64,000 bases of DNA from the sequence record PP496436.1. One strand, written 5' to 3'. Shown here piece after piece: positions 63,896-64,000 of this stretch (the first letter of the stretch is position 1; every line of letters begins with the position of its first letter). The translations under genes were made by a program, and so were the position numbers. A model generated the notes under the pieces. That model was not told where the DNA came from. It did not search any database and saw nothing but the letters and a program-made list of their open reading frames with translations.

Positions 63896-64000
63896 CCGAC
63901 AACAAAGATCCAGTAGTTGAAGACCGTGACTATCAACAACCTGTCAACGTCGGCACTGTAGGTCACGTTGATAACCGGAACAGAGTAGGTATCCTCGGTG
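63892..64000 (+). CDS. Partial ORF with an EF-Tu G1-like peptide (runs off the window)
   Basis: MTDNKDPVVEDRDYQQPVNVGTVGHVDNRNRVGILG; ATGA overlap. Confidence 0.5.
   Translation, partial: MTDNKDPVVEDRDYQQPVNVGTVGHVDNRNRVGILG

Noticed and set aside
1-64000. tRNA, rRNA, CRISPR array, integrase or transposase
   Set aside because: No cloverleaf or T-loop pattern seen in intergenic gaps, no regularly spaced repeat-spacer array, and no recombinase or DDE motifs recognised

Overview
A gene-dense 64-kb segment, almost all on the + strand, of a large (probably jumbo) lytic dsDNA tailed phage that most likely infects Proteobacteria. Family assignments come from motif recognition by eye, not from database searches. 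Order of content: (1) head/packaging block at 1-12.8 kb with large terminase, probable portal, putative prohead protease and three Lys-rich proteins that share a Tudor/SH3-like module, one fused to an AT-rich R-S-E ADP-ribosyltransferase domain; no major capsid gene is recognisable. (2) Early/accessory genes behind sigma70-type promoters, with a conserved CCACTRTCCC-GAGGA leader and GCAA-loop hairpins. (3) Nucleotide metabolism: class Ia nrdA, a cofactor-dead nrdB paralogue in tandem with an intact nrdB, thyA, DHFR, dimeric dUTPase, an NDT-like N-glycosidase, HD and MazG-like hydrolases, a QueD-like T-fold protein and a Mesh1/SpoT-like HD variant. (4) Replication/recombination: Mre11/SbcD, Rad50/SbcC and a DnaX-like clamp loader. 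(5) A secreted lytic transglycosylase and an inverted GH19 endolysin unit. No tRNA, rRNA, CRISPR array, integrase, transposase or intein was recognised. Best candidates for undescribed biology are the shared-module cargo/ART proteins, the pseudo-NrdB/NrdB pair, the repeated leader/hairpin cassettes, an exact 22-nt intergenic repeat and an EF-Tu G1-like peptide at the window end.
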